Positions 1 to 12,045 of a DNA stretch of 64,000 bases are shown piece after piece; the first letter of the stretch is position 1; the number at the start of each line of letters is the position of its first letter. Under the pieces are notes generated by a model, which was not told the DNA's origin, did not search any database, and worked only from the letters and a program-made list of their open reading frames with translations. This DNA comes from Haliotis cracherodii (lineage: Eukaryota). Location of the stretch: contig NW_027266297.1 of assembly GCF_022045235.1 (NCBI RefSeq), forward strand, positions 69,626,001 through 69,690,000. The letters run 5' to 3'. The translations under genes were made by a program, and so were the position numbers.

Positions 1-46
1 CTAATTAAACACATGTCTCTCCTCGCTACCTGTAGTACTGGCCAGA

Positions 47-1635
47 CTAACTTGACACATGTCTCTCTCCAGTCCTTGTGAAGGCCCCTCGTTGTCTTTG
101 CCGGACGAGGTCATCGGGGGAAGGAGTTGAGAAGTCAAACAGTTTTACCTCCCTCTTATGTACTGGAGTATGATGTCTGACATCTTTGGCCTGGACAGCA
201 TATGTAAATCTTGGATACTTCAAACAGTGATTATCAGAATCACTAGCTTTTCTTTTCCTTGTTTGCAGTAAACACAAAGCTTTGCCGAGCACAGATGGTC
301 TGGACAGTAAGGTGGCATCACTCTGGACCTTGACCAGCAGAGTCGTCTCATCTGGGACTGGGCTGAAGCAGCTACTGCTGGTTTCATCCGGACTTGGAGT
401 TCTATCTACAGACAACTGCCGAGATCCTGAGATGGTCACCTTGGATTTGAGTAAATCTGACAGGCAAAGCGTTCCTTCAGACTTGGCCAGACTTGCCAGA
501 GAAACACCCCCCAGCTGACTCCCAGTCTTCATGGAAGCACCTCCAGGAGGCAGAGAGCTGTGTCCAAGTGTGCTTTGTACTGCCTTGTGACTGCTGGCCA
601 ACTGAGCCAGAGACAGGCCTGGTGTGGGATTGCTCAGACCATGTGATCCTGTAGAGCTCCCAGAGACTAGCGCCTGTAAAGATAACCCTCTCCCCGATCC
701 CTGAACTGTAGAGGAATTGTGTTGTTGAGCTAGAGCAGACAGAGAAACTCCTCCTGCACTTTTGGTTGGAGAATGTTGTTTAGCAAGTTCAGCCAAAGAC
801 GATGAAGGAGAGTTGAATCCCTTGGAATGTGTGTGTTGGTGTCTGGAAGCCAGTTCAGCCAGAGACAGTGAATCTGAACCTAAACTGGAGCTCTGCGACT
901 TGGGACTTCCTGTGGCGGCCTTGAAATGTGTGCTGGCCTGACTGATGTTGATTCCAGCTGACACTGAAGACCCTAGGGCTATGCCCTCAGCTGATGCACG
1001 GTCCCCTGAGGATGGGCTTGGCCTTGGAGCTTGGATACTGCATTGGGTCTGTTTCTGCTGCTGATGCATTAACGCAAGCTGAGATAATGACACACCAGAG
1101 TCTGATCCAGCACTTGAACTCAATGAGGACTTTGGACTTCTACCTTTTCCTTTAACTGTTAGCTTTTGTTGAGACACAAGATCTTTAGGAAGTGATGTTT
1201 TATTGGGTTTGCAATCAAATTGTTCTGTGTCTGCTCCTTCAGAGCAATGACCTGATGTCAAATGAGCTTCATCAACTTTCATACTACCTAATGCCTGGGT
1301 TAGACCTGAAAGCTTTGGAATGTTAGAATTGAGGCACACATTATTCTTAATCCAATCTTGACTGGCCTTTTTTCCCAACTGACCTTGATGACCTTTTGCA
1401 AGGTCAGCCAGTGACATGCCTACCTTACTTGAAACAGGTTTGGGTAATTCTGAAATACCAACAATATGAGCCTTTGAAGAAATGCCTGACAATGGATTTG
1501 ATTGTTTTTGACAGTGTCTCTGACTTTTCTCTTCAGAGGTCTCCCCGCTCCGTAAGTCTGGAGCCTCCCCCCTCCCCGAGTCTGGAGCCCTAGCATCAGA
1601 CCATGTGTCACTAGCTTCATCGCTATCACTATCTC
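47..1635 (-). CDS. HBS1L: HBS1L alternative terminal exon encoding the SKI7-like (HBS1LV3-type) exosome-binding isoform
   Basis: ORF 47..1492 stays open upstream to 1636. C-terminus RPSVLGKALC...RFTY...LFDFSTPSPDDLVRQRQRGAFTR matches the FDF..SPDD.V...Q..AFTR end of the vertebrate short HBS1L isoform. A phase-1 AG at 1637-1636, after a roughly 90-nt AG-free pyrimidine-rich tract, joins in frame to exon 5 (680 aa total). The exact acceptor is uncertain. Confidence 0.88.
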
Positions 1636-1777
1636 CTTACCTTACAAGCGCCAGACATCGTCACACAGAAACAGGCAGATGGATGACACCAAACACACGG
1701 AACAGCAGATGGAAAGAAGAAAACAACAGGCCACTGGTTAGACAATATTGTCACCCAAATATGGATATTTATAGCAA

Positions 1778-4700
1778 AAATTGTAAATTTTACAAAAAAA
1801 TTGTACATTAATAATATTTATCCTATCTCATACTATGCATTTCTTCTTTCTTCTTTCAAACCTATGTGGAAATGTGCTTCCAGCTTTTAAAAAAAATTCA
1901 ACCAAAAACACATCTCAGCATCACCATCCTGTGCATAACAACCTACACGACACGATCACGTGATTGCCTCTGCCACATCGTTCTCCTTTGCAGAGCGTAT
2001 AGCCTGGAGGAGCTGTGACGCCGGGATGGTTGGGAGTGCACATAGCATGTGAGATAGGATAAGTATATAAATGTACAATTCACTGTGAAATTTACAAAAT
2101 TTTAAACTTATCCTATCTCACATTATGCATCCCATGGTTGGATGGTGGGAAGAAGGTGCCAAACAGATCGGGCAGATCACACATGACGTGTTTTCATGTA
2201 GAATGAATGACTATGTGGCTGTAAAAAATAACTGATACAACGTAGAACTTATAATCGATCTGGAAGAGGTTTTCTGGCAAAGATAGGACACTGCTCTATC
2301 TCTCACGGACAATAGAGTGCATGCTAAGGCAAGAAGAGGAACGATCGACAATATCCACAAGAGGATCTTCAAATCAATAACAGGCACATGAAGAAATCAG
2401 CTGTGAGCGGGTTAAGGATTCAGGACACCGTCAAAATGGCCACATCAATTAATCCACCCTCCAGTCTGGGAACACAAATAATTAAACACAATAAACACAG
2501 GATGCAAAGTTCCAGGATTTATTTGGTATATACATGATTTGTAGTATGAAAACCTGGAGCGGGTACGCATGTCTACTATCTGCGCTGTTGTGCAGTCATC
2601 AGCTGCTGAGCCAGGACCAAGGGCCCGAATTAGTGAAAACACTGGACGTCAGTAACAGAGATGTCACAGAGGTAGTGCGAGGCAAAGCTTCCAGAAGCAG
2701 CCTTCTTATAATAGCGGAGAGAGAACTGTTGCTATGTAGGGCCATGGTAGAAGCGACTGCCCGAAACTCGTGAGGATTGATATGACAGGTGGGATATAGG
2801 CCTGTGGGATGGTCAAGCGAAGCCAAAATAAAATCATAGTACGGGAAACTTCCGTTGGGGCCGCCGTGGTTAGTGAAATGAAGAGTCTCGGGAGCGACAA
2901 AGTGGTTGTACAGCCTCAAGGTAGATCCTAAAGGGCTCGAACCGGACATAAAGAAATGTCTTAACGGTCAGATGAACTCAGGATTTACGTCAGCAACAGG
3001 ATGGTAGACAAACGATCTGGTTGGCCTGGAAGCAGATATTTTTGCGATATAAGTCCATCATAGTCACAGAGAAGCCTTCCCATTCTCTAAGCTCTTGAAC
3101 TGGACCCTGTTAACATCCAGAGCATCCAACACACTAACTCATGCAGCAGTTGCAAGGGCCAGAAGGAAAATGGTCTTGAAGGTGATCAACTCCAAAGGAT
3201 TGTCAGCAAGCATTCATATTCTCCAACGAAGGCGTCCAGAAACGAAATGACAAGTCCACCAACTTGTAGGACAAACAGAGGGACTGAAGCTTAGCAACAA
3301 ACACAAAGATGAAGGGTTTCAGATGATGGCTGGAGCAGTTTAGAGTGAGGCTGAAGGGGAAGGTCATCATGTAGGTGGAATCTTCTTTCTGCGAGTTGGA
3401 CCAATGAGGTGAACCAACTCCATGTTGGCCAAAAGGACTGAACCAAACACAAAGATGAAGGGTTTCAGATGATGGCTGGAGCAGCTCAGAGTGAGGCTGA
3501 AGGAGAAGGTCATCATGTAGGTGGAATCTTCTTTCTGCGAGTTGGACCAATGAGGTGAACCAACTCCATGTTGGCCAAAAGGACTGAACCAAAAGCGGGT
3601 CAGGAGACTGGCGGACGCCACATTCTGCAGGACCCGGGGTAGAACACTGATTGGGGGAAAGGCGCAGGGGTTGAGGCCTTCCCAAAAGGTCTTTCCTAGG
3701 CTCGAGGATTCAGGATGAGAGACGAACTGAGACAGCTGAGCGTTGACCCAGGTTGCGAACAGGTCGACGTCTGAGCGTTGGGCAGTTGGCAGATCAACCT
3801 AAAGATCGACAGTTGGAGGTGCCATTCTGTTGGAGATGGTCTGTCTGAGCGGGATAGGGAGTTGGCTATAACACTGGAGATCCCAAAAATATGTCTCACT
3901 AGAACCTGAATATTGTGGGAGTTGATCAGAAGTCGTACGAGAGCAACAGGAGCGACATCGGCTTGGTTGAGCCTATCTTGTTCATATACCAGATGACCAA
4001 GATGTTGTTTGACTGGATCTTGAGATGCCAGTCTGACACCGAAAAGATGTAGGGTTGGGACAAAGGGTTGGGACAAACGTCCACAAAGAGACCCTGCTGC
4101 TTACATTCAATGTTACTAGCCAAAACTGGAGATGTGGACGCAGATGTATCGGCAGGGAGATCATGACCTGGGGCAATCATCGCTCTAGATTTAGGGCATG
4201 AGGAAGCACAGAAGCTGCCCAAAATGAAGCTGACCCCCCATAGTGAGGGCTGGCGCCGACGTCAGAAGGCCTGTTGGCAATGATGTAGGAGCAGCTGTCT
4301 GAGTGTTAACGGCAAGAGACGCTACATCTTCAGCAACCGGTCCGTAGAATGAACATCTTGCTTAGGCGTGTTTTGAAGAGGGCCCAATGAACCCAAGTCA
4401 TTGAGTGGGAGTCGTCTCTGACTTGCCTATCTTGACAAGCCACCCGATTTGATGGAGAAACCTTTGTGTACACTCAAGATGATGCATGAGGACGTCTGGG
4501 TCTGCACTAGCCTGAAAGCAGTCATCTATATAGGACTCGAACATGATCGCTCAGATGTGCAGGAACTGTGTGATGGGCTTGGTAGTATGGGTCAAGAGCC
4601 AAGGGGCCCAGGAAATTCCAAATGGGAGCACCTTCCATTGGTAGTGGAGGCCTTGGAAACAACTGAAGGAAATGGCGTAGGACCCGGTTGATGAAATCGT

Positions 4701-5839
4701 TGGGATGAATGATCATACGGAGAAGCATCATACGGAAATGTGGTGGATTTGCTAGATACAATGCGTTGAAGATCTTAATGTTGAAGAAATTGAGGCGGAG
4801 CTTCAGACTCTTTCATTGAGTGAACTCCTGGAGTCTCAGGTATGTGACATAGACACTCTGTAGTGCGTTTTGCAAGATACATACCGATTGTCTCCTTGAG
4901 CACTGAAAGCTGGCTGACCAGATACAGACGACAAGATGGCATGGACGTCACAGGTGGAGTTGCCGTAACAGTGAGAGTGACTGTTCTTGGAACGGCGACT
5001 CTTGGGTGGAAGCACGAGACTGATCCTTGCTGTCGATCTTCAGAAGAGGGTGAACAAGTTCTACTGGTGGAAGGCTTAGTCTTCACCGTCAATTCCCAAG
5101 TGGTAGTAGCTGTGGTCGAAGAGGAGCCACAGACATCAACCTGAACAGCGCAGGAAGGAGCGGGACACAAGAGTCGTCTAGAAGTGGATGGTAGGGGAGT
5201 CCTCAAGGGGTCGATCAACATCTAAGTTGAGGCAGGTCCTGCCAAAGCTACTGTGGAAGGCACCATACGAATGTCCAAGTCAGCTGGGAGTTCCAATGTA
5301 GACACAGACCCGGATGCTACAGGGACTGACTGTTCTTGGACAACAGGGACATCGTCAGTCAGAAAAATATCTGACACCCACCTCATTATCGGCTACCGAG
5401 AGCACAGGCAAGGCAGACTCCAAAGGTGGTTTGACAGCAACAAAGGGGACACACGTCTTGAATGATTTCTTAGGCCTTTTGGCAGACGATGGTTTAGGCT
5501 TGTCCAAATCTTGTGACTGAGGGTGCCAATCAATCTCCCTCCTCTTACACTTGTGTAGATAGACAATAAAGGACTCTTCCGTTCACATTCAGAGCAGCAT
5601 TTGTTCAAACTACAAAATTTGTTAGGGTCAGATTTGGAAAAGTTATGGCAACATGATGCGGAAATGATGCGGCAGAAGCAATCACGTGATCATATCGCTA
5701 TTCACAGGATTATAGTGTGTGATCCATTCGTTTCGGTGTTCGGGTGAATTGTTTTAAGAAGCTGGAAACTTTGTTCCATATGGGATCAAAAGAAGGAAGA
5801 AATGCATAGTGTGAGGTGAGAGAAGAGAAGTTTAAAATT
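1778..5839 (-). mobile_element. Degenerate DIRS1-type tyrosine-recombinase retrotransposon (ITRs + ICR) in HBS1L intron 5
   Basis: Imperfect inverted termini (about 1778-1985 vs 5655-5839). Internal complementary region about 2045-2130 is complementary to both ends. Broken ORFs: recombinase HEFRAVAST (2599-2949); RNase H/MT-like IQSNNILVIWYMNKIG and HIFGISSVIANSLSR..TEWHL (3696-4076); gag-like low-complexity region about 4400-5600. Internal 146-bp duplication about 3298-3592. Confidence 0.88.
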
Positions 5840-5984
5840 AACATTTTATCAACAGAAATCATTGAACAGTCTCAATCCTGTTGATGGTTATTCACTTGCT
5901 TAACAAAGTATCTTTTTTCAAAATTGGAGTTGTAACACTGAGTATTTAAGTCCAGGAAACATCAACAATGTGCCTCCAAATTAC

Positions 5985-6038
5985 CTTGAGATTTGTTCCG
6001 TCGATTTTGTCGTGGTGCTCTCTGAGGCTTGGGTGCTT
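5985..6038 (-). CDS. HBS1L: HBS1L exon 5 (EAPKPQRAPRQNRRNKSQ)
   Basis: Acceptor cttttcag, donor CAAG|gtaatt, 54 nt, phase 1/1, open and in frame. Confidence 0.7.
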
Positions 6039-6465
6039 CTGAAAAGACCCAGGAAAAATGAATGAAATAAGCATAAAATGCAAATTCAAAATTACTGGCT
6101 TGGTATCGGCGCTTGTGTGGAACTCCTATATTATTCCTACCATATAAAATAAGGAATATCAAAAATGGGCGTCACACATTCAGGGTTTTACTTTGACCAA
6201 CAAAACTTGAGGTCCTGGGGTCTCTCATAATTACTTTCAAGGGTCCATACAGAAGAATTTAACTTGTGTAGCATACTGTTCTTTACTGTAGGATTTAATA
6301 ATTACTTTGACTACAGGACCTTATATTTCTTGTCAAGAAATCAGCTGATGGATGTTTGGTTGTTACCATGGTTACCTACCACATTAATATTCATACTTAG
6401 TAGCCATTATGGCCACCCAATTCAAATCAGCAGGATGTTCACAGACATGACTGTGTGAACATGGC

Positions 6466-7260
6466 CACCTTGCTGTGACAGGTAAACCCCCACCTTGCAG
6501 TGTCAAGTAAACCCCACCTTGCAGTGTCAGGTAAACCCCACCTTGCTGTGACAGGTGAACCCCACCTTGCTGTGACAGGTAAACCCCACCTTGCTGTGAC
6601 AGGTGAACCCCACCTTGCTGTGACAGATTAACCCCCACCTTGCTGTGACAGGTGAACCCCACCTTTCTGTGACAGGTGAACCCCACCTTGCTGTGACAGG
6701 TAAACCCCACCTTGCTGTGACAGGTGAACCCCACCTTGCTGTGACAGATTAACCCCCACCTTGCTGTGACAGGTAAACCCCACCTTGCTGTGACAGGTGA
6801 ACCCCACCTTGCTGTGACAGATTAACCCCCACCTTGCTGTGTCAGGTTAACCCCCACCTTGCTGTGACAGGTAACCCCCACCTTGCTGTGTCAGGTTAAC
6901 CCCCACCTTGCTGTGACAGGTAAACCCCACCTCGCTGTGTCAGGTAAACCCCACCTTTCTGTGACCGGTAACCCCACCTTGCTGTGACAGGTAAACCCCA
7001 CCTTGCTGTGTCAGGTTAACCCCCACCTTGCAGTGTCAGGTTAACCCCCACCTTTCTGTGACAGGTAAACCCCACCTTGCTGTGACAGGTAAACCCCCAC
7101 CTAGCTGTGACAGGTGAACCCCCACCTTGCTGTGTCAGGTTAACCCCCTCCTTGCTGTAACAGGTAAACCCCCACCTTGCTGTGACAGGTAAACCCCTAC
7201 CTTGCTATGACAGGTAAACCCCCATCTTGCTATGACAGGTAACCCCACCTTTCTTTGACA
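6466..7260. repeat. 24-25 bp minisatellite (about 32 copies) derived from the HBS1L exon 4 donor junction
   Basis: Unit ccccaccttgctgtgacaggtaaa; its reverse complement mirrors the exon end and donor TGTCAAAGAAAG|gtggggttacc. Confidence 0.95.
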
Positions 7261-7383
7261 GCAGCTCATCCAGGGAAGCCTGCAGGTTGAACTTGTGTTT
7301 GATGATGATCTCCTTGTACACTGAGTCAGGGCGAGACTCCCCAAGTATGTTATGGACCTCCTCCAAACAGCTGTTTAGTTTAG
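7249..7383 (-). CDS. HBS1L: HBS1L exon 4 (HBS1 N-terminal UBA/CUE-like helical domain)
   Basis: AKLNSCLEEVHNILGESRPDSVYKEIIIKHKFNLQASLDELLSKK resembles HBS1L ARLYSCLDHMREVLG..; cag/gt boundaries, 135 nt, phase 1/1. Confidence 0.9.
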
Positions 7384-7714
7384 CTGTTCCAAAATAAAAT
7401 ATCTATGAAGATCTATGTCCACTCCTTGAACTGCGGAAGAAATGCATGATTACTTCCATGAAATGGGAGAACAGTGTTTGAAAGACTGCACATTACACAG
7501 GAAATCCCAGAAACACCCTACATTTCATCCCTAGGACGCTCTTGAATAGACATTCTTCATGTACTGCATTGTCTGGTAGTAGTGTAAGGGTATTTAATAG
7601 ATTGCAATCGTGGGAATACTTTCCTTTTGAGTCTTCTACCTACCATGTACATTAATGAATGTCTTTTGCTTCAAGTGAAACATTATTTTGCATCCCAAAT
7701 AATGTTACTTTCAA

Positions 7715-7945
7715 ATTGTTTTATTTGTGTGTTTTTTAACACTGCACCAAGCAATATTCCAGCTATCATATGGCGGTCTGTAAATAATCAAGTCTGGAGG
7801 AGACTCTTTCCAGTAACTGATATCACCCAATTGGGATATGATGACATGATCAACCAAGTCACCAAGCCTGACCACCCGGTCCTGTTAGTTGCCTTATGCC
7901 AAGCAGAATTTGCTGAATATCAATTCTAACCTGGATATTCACGGA
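7715..7945 (-). mobile_element. Short retroposon family B copy (GACCCGTGAAG-head type, no tRNA head)
   Basis: Aligns by eye with the TSD-bounded copies at 21279 and 55030. Confidence 0.8.
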
Positions 7946-7980
7946 TAAATTCCATTCTGCCTGGTGAGTTTAAACTTTAC

Positions 7981-8133
7981 CTCGATCAACATCATTCAGT
8001 TTCTTGTCTGTCTGTCCTGATGACGCCCCCTGGTGGCCAGTGTCGTCATCACTCTCCACCACCTCCACCTCATCATCTCCGCCCATGTACGTGGCAAACG
8101 TGGTCTGGCCGCGGTTGAATGTGAACTGAGCAG
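7981..8133 (-). CDS. HBS1L: HBS1L exon 3 (AAQFTFNR...KLNDVDR)
   Basis: Acceptor tttcag, donor G|gtaaag, 153 nt; completes the conserved SP.TAAQF motif. Confidence 0.9.
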
Positions 8134-8319
8134 CTGAAACAGGACTAGTCTGGTCAGTCTTAACAAGCGGTGGGACAATACACCCATGCATCGGTTGATC
8201 GTGATATTTTAATTCCCGATTCGAGTATCAATCACAGTCACACACTAAGTAAAAAATATTGATTCATACCTTAAATGTTTGCTTCAATGGCTGTTACACC
8301 AAACACTAAATAGTAGTGA

Positions 8320-8553
8320 AAATAATCCAGCTATATGATGGCGGTCTGTAAATAATCGAGTCTGGACCAGACAATCTAGTGATTGATATCATGAGCATCG
8401 ATCCATGCAATTGAGATATGATGACACGCATCAACCAAGTCAGTGAGCCTGACCACCCGATCCTGTTAGTCTCCTCTTACGACAAGCATAGTCGCCTTTT
8501 ATGGCAAGCATGGGTTACTGAAGACCTATTCTATCTCGGATCTTCACAGATCT
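8320..8553 (-). mobile_element. Short retroposon family B copy
   Basis: Same body and head as the other family B copies; a further 3' fragment lies at about 9170-9295. Confidence 0.8.
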
Positions 8554-8558
8554 CTACC

Positions 8559-8781
8559 CAGTCCTCTAAGTAGCTACCATTTTGGTGGACAAATGTGACT
8601 TAAATCTATGATTGGCAACCTAGATTTATCTACTGCTCGCCACTTGGCTACCTAAAATTAACTCAGTAACTGGCAACAATATCTGTTTAAGATATCTCCT
8701 AAAAACTCAGGTTTTGGCTCCTAAAATGTTCATGTTAAGAGCCACTTGGCTCCCTAACAAAAAAACGAACTTAGAGGGCTG
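8559..8781. mobile_element. Small TIR element (CAG termini)
   Basis: cagtcctctaagt ... acttagagggctg inverted ends; ctacc present on both sides. Confidence 0.45.
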
Positions 8782-8807
8782 CTACCACAGGTGAAAAGGC
8801 ACCCTAC

Positions 8808-8876
8808 CTGTCCCTGGGGAGATACAGAAGTTGTCCTCCACAGACTGGCCATAGTACTCGTCATCATCATCGTACT
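8808..8876 (-). CDS. HBS1L: HBS1L exon 2 (EYDDDDEYYGQSVEDNFCISPGT)
   Basis: Matches the conserved YGQSVED..CISP.T motif; acceptor ttttgcag, donor G|gtaggg, 69 nt. Confidence 0.93.
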
Positions 8877-9731
8877 CTGCAAAACACAACATAGTCCTCC
8901 ATTACAACTTCAACATTACTGAGTGCATCGTTACCCATGCTAACCCAAACAGCATTCCTACAAATAAGACATAACATTTCTCCACAACTTGCCTCCATGA
9001 AGTTCATAACTCACACAGATCAGATTCTATGTAACCAGTGTCTGAAATGAAAGCGGTCCTGGGGACCTTCAGGTCTTCCAGGGCGTTTGAATCAAGACAC
9101 CCCTAAATCCTTCGGGATAACACAAGACATTTTAGCTTTCATACTTAATTTTGAATACTGCTGGTAATGATTGTTTGTTTGTATGTTGTTTAACGCTGCA
9201 TTCATCAATATTCCAGCTATGACAGGTCGGTCTGTAAATAATGGAGTCTGGACCAGACAATCCAGTTATTGACATCATGAGCATCGTTCCACGCTGCTAG
9301 TAATGATTACATTACAAAGACAGAGATATTTCAATCTTGCAGTTGTAGACATGGTAGAAGGCTTCAACACGGCTTAATTCATGTGTCACATGAACATAAG
9401 CACGATTGGTAACATCCAGAGGAACCCATTCATCCAGACAGTACCATTCCCAGTGAAATCAAGCAGACTAACAAATCCTGGATGAATGAATCTAACCATA
9501 CATATAAATGTTCCAAACAGAACACGGCCAGACTGAGGCGCTTTCATGGAAATGGGGTCCTCACAAACAAGGTTTCATAACAATTAAGTTTTTAACGTTA
9601 AAGTAATGAATTTCATCAAATTAAATAAGCTGACATCTATTGCTTGTAGTTTTGCAGATAAGCATGCTAAGGACGACGGGAACAGTACCTGGCATTGTGA
9701 TGTTCTCTACCACTGACTTCAAGTAGATGTA

Positions 9732-10075
9732 CCGTATTCGACGTAATAAGCGCTCTGGGCGCTCTCAAAATTAGAAATAGGGGGCTCTTATTAAAATATT
9801 ATTTTGGTGAAAAAAAAACGAGTTGAAAGATATATTTCGTGGTTTGTGCTGACAGCCTGAAATGTTATGTACGGCAGGTATATTTTTCAAGAATTTAATT
9901 GCCCATAATTAATGGTGCATATAGCACAGGAGTGCATATTATACGCGAATGCATAAGTCTTGTTTACATTGATCAATCGGAAGGGGTGCTAATTTGGATT
10001 GTTCACTAGCCAATATATTAGCAAATATCGCCGTGGGCGCTTATTAGAGCGGGGCGCTTATTACGTCGAATACGG
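9732..10075. mobile_element. Tc1/mariner-pogo-type MITE
   Basis: Perfect TIR CCGTATTCGACGTAATAAGCGC with TA on both sides. Confidence 0.88.
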
Positions 10076-11246
10076 TATGTACAAGTTATACCAGTACATC
10101 AGGAAATGACATAATAATGGAATTTCTAAAACATTACTCATAATTAACCAGATGATAAAATATCATGGCCTTAATCACACAGTCCACCTGAAAACAGTTT
10201 CAGATGTGGTGAGAGGGTTTAATAGATCAATTACACAATGCTCCATGAGTGATAAAATATATTTGTATTAACATGATTAATGAGCATTTGTAAGAGGTCT
10301 GACAGTATTATCAGCATTAGAAATTGGCACTGGTCCTGTAGTCCTTGCCAAACTGCCTAATAGTTAAGGTATCACAAGGACTAGTAGAAAATAGACATGT
10401 TAGGGGTTTTGCTATATGTTAACGTCATAGAGTAAGGAATAGTGGACTGACACTGTTAGTTTCTACCGCTGTCTTTGAGTGAAGGAGGCCTACTCCAGCA
10501 GGTCACAAAGGTCTACGAAGCCCAATTTTATCATGTTTGTGAGGACTTATTATGAACTGTCAATCCACATATAGTGGGATATTAGTTTATAAATTTGGAA
10601 AGAGTGTAATCTTGCACTGAATCACTACCTATGTTTATTACTTGAACTACTGGCCCGTGAAGAGATCACCCGTTTAATAAACATACAGCTTTATTACACA
10701 TTGTGTAATACCAAAACGCGTGCTTATGTACTCTCGGAACACGTTTCACGAACAAATATTGAAAGCTCTCAACATCCCCTGGCGTATTCAACGACATTGT
10801 ATGTGGAGATGATAGATCACTGGGAGGAGCTTATGCACACTCGATGACCCCAGCAACCTTGTTGCTAGGCTGACGTCACATGGCATTGTTTCGCCGATGG
10901 ATCTTGCAACAAAATTCCACAAATTACGTCATCGGGTATTGTGACTGTGTGCAAGGCCCCGTTCCACAAGGCGATCGTACGGTAGCGCAACGACAGTCGT
11001 TGGTCTAAGTTAAATTATGTGAGTTGTGATAGCCTTAGCGCTACGATAAGTTTGTGGGACGAACGCCTGAATTCTAAAGGTGGACCATTGTATGATATTA
11101 AATTCATACGTTTCAACTTTTGACGTGTTTGAAGTATTATTCTGTTAAACTCAATTGGATTATGCCATTAGGATCGTGTAGGTGTCAGCCTATTTACACT
11201 CAACAGCATAATTCTAAAAACATTATAAATGACAAGTAATAAATAA

Positions 11247-11389
11247 AATACTAAACTCGCTCTCGTGTAAAACCAATTTTATGAAACTCGTGAATAGTTG
11301 TGGTATCTGACTCGCTTTCGCTCTTCAGATACCAGAACTATTCACTCGTTTCATAAAATTGGTATTACACGGGAGCTCGTTTAGTATTC
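11247..11389. mobile_element. Palindromic (fold-back) non-autonomous element
   Basis: Near-perfect inverted arms of about 63 bp around the spacer ctcgctttcgctct. Confidence 0.7.
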
Positions 11390-12045
11390 TATATTTATCA
11401 CACTAAACAATTATCAGAGGTTTTGAGTGATTATAGCACAAAAGTGCAGTTTATCAGAAACAGCACTCTCTACAACATGATACGACACTTCTGTACAAAC
11501 AACCATTGATCCATGTTGCACTGATCCCACTGTCATAGCTGCTGCACATTCTAAACACACTGAGATTTCTGTTGCTTTATTCATTCCTTTACCATGTTTA
11601 CAACCGTCCAGGATTGAGATCCCTTCATATGATGTCTTCAAAATCATTAAGGATAGGTATTTTTAATGTAATACTGTATGTGTCACACAGGGAAGAGTGT
11701 CCATAAAGTGTTCTACATTGTTCATATCACAATAAAAAATATTTATCGTTGATTAGCTGATTAGTACGATTAAACCTGCGTGCTATTTAGAGGCTGAATT
11801 TCAATTGATCATTCACCACATTCCACGTCTATAACGCTGCAGAATTAGATCCATGTGTTGTATCGTGACGAATTTGACACGGCAAACGTAGTTTTCACCC
11901 TACAGATTCCACTTTAGATGATGAAATATGAAGAAAACATCATCTGATGACACTGGCGCCGAAATTTCCTTTCTATCGGATCCAGCATGTTTGGAATCGT
12001 CAGATCGTATTACAGGGGCACGCCATCCTTCTCTAAGTTACTTAC

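Noticed and set aside
1641-1733. Possible 93-nt coding exon ending at the GTAAGG donor
   Set aside because: In phase 1 it reads as a Cys/Leu-rich peptide ending in TAA and has a poor acceptor; better explained as the pyrimidine tract, though a poison exon is not excluded.
4449-5608. Short ORFs as independent host genes
   Set aside because: They lie inside the DIRS element and are probably fragments of its decayed gag-like ORF or antisense noise.
11302-11336. Hammerhead-like CTGAAGA-GC-GAAA..GTC on the - strand (also CTGATGA..GAAA at about 11944 and 50446)
   Set aside because: Stems II and III do not pair as required; the first is simply the centre of a DNA palindrome.
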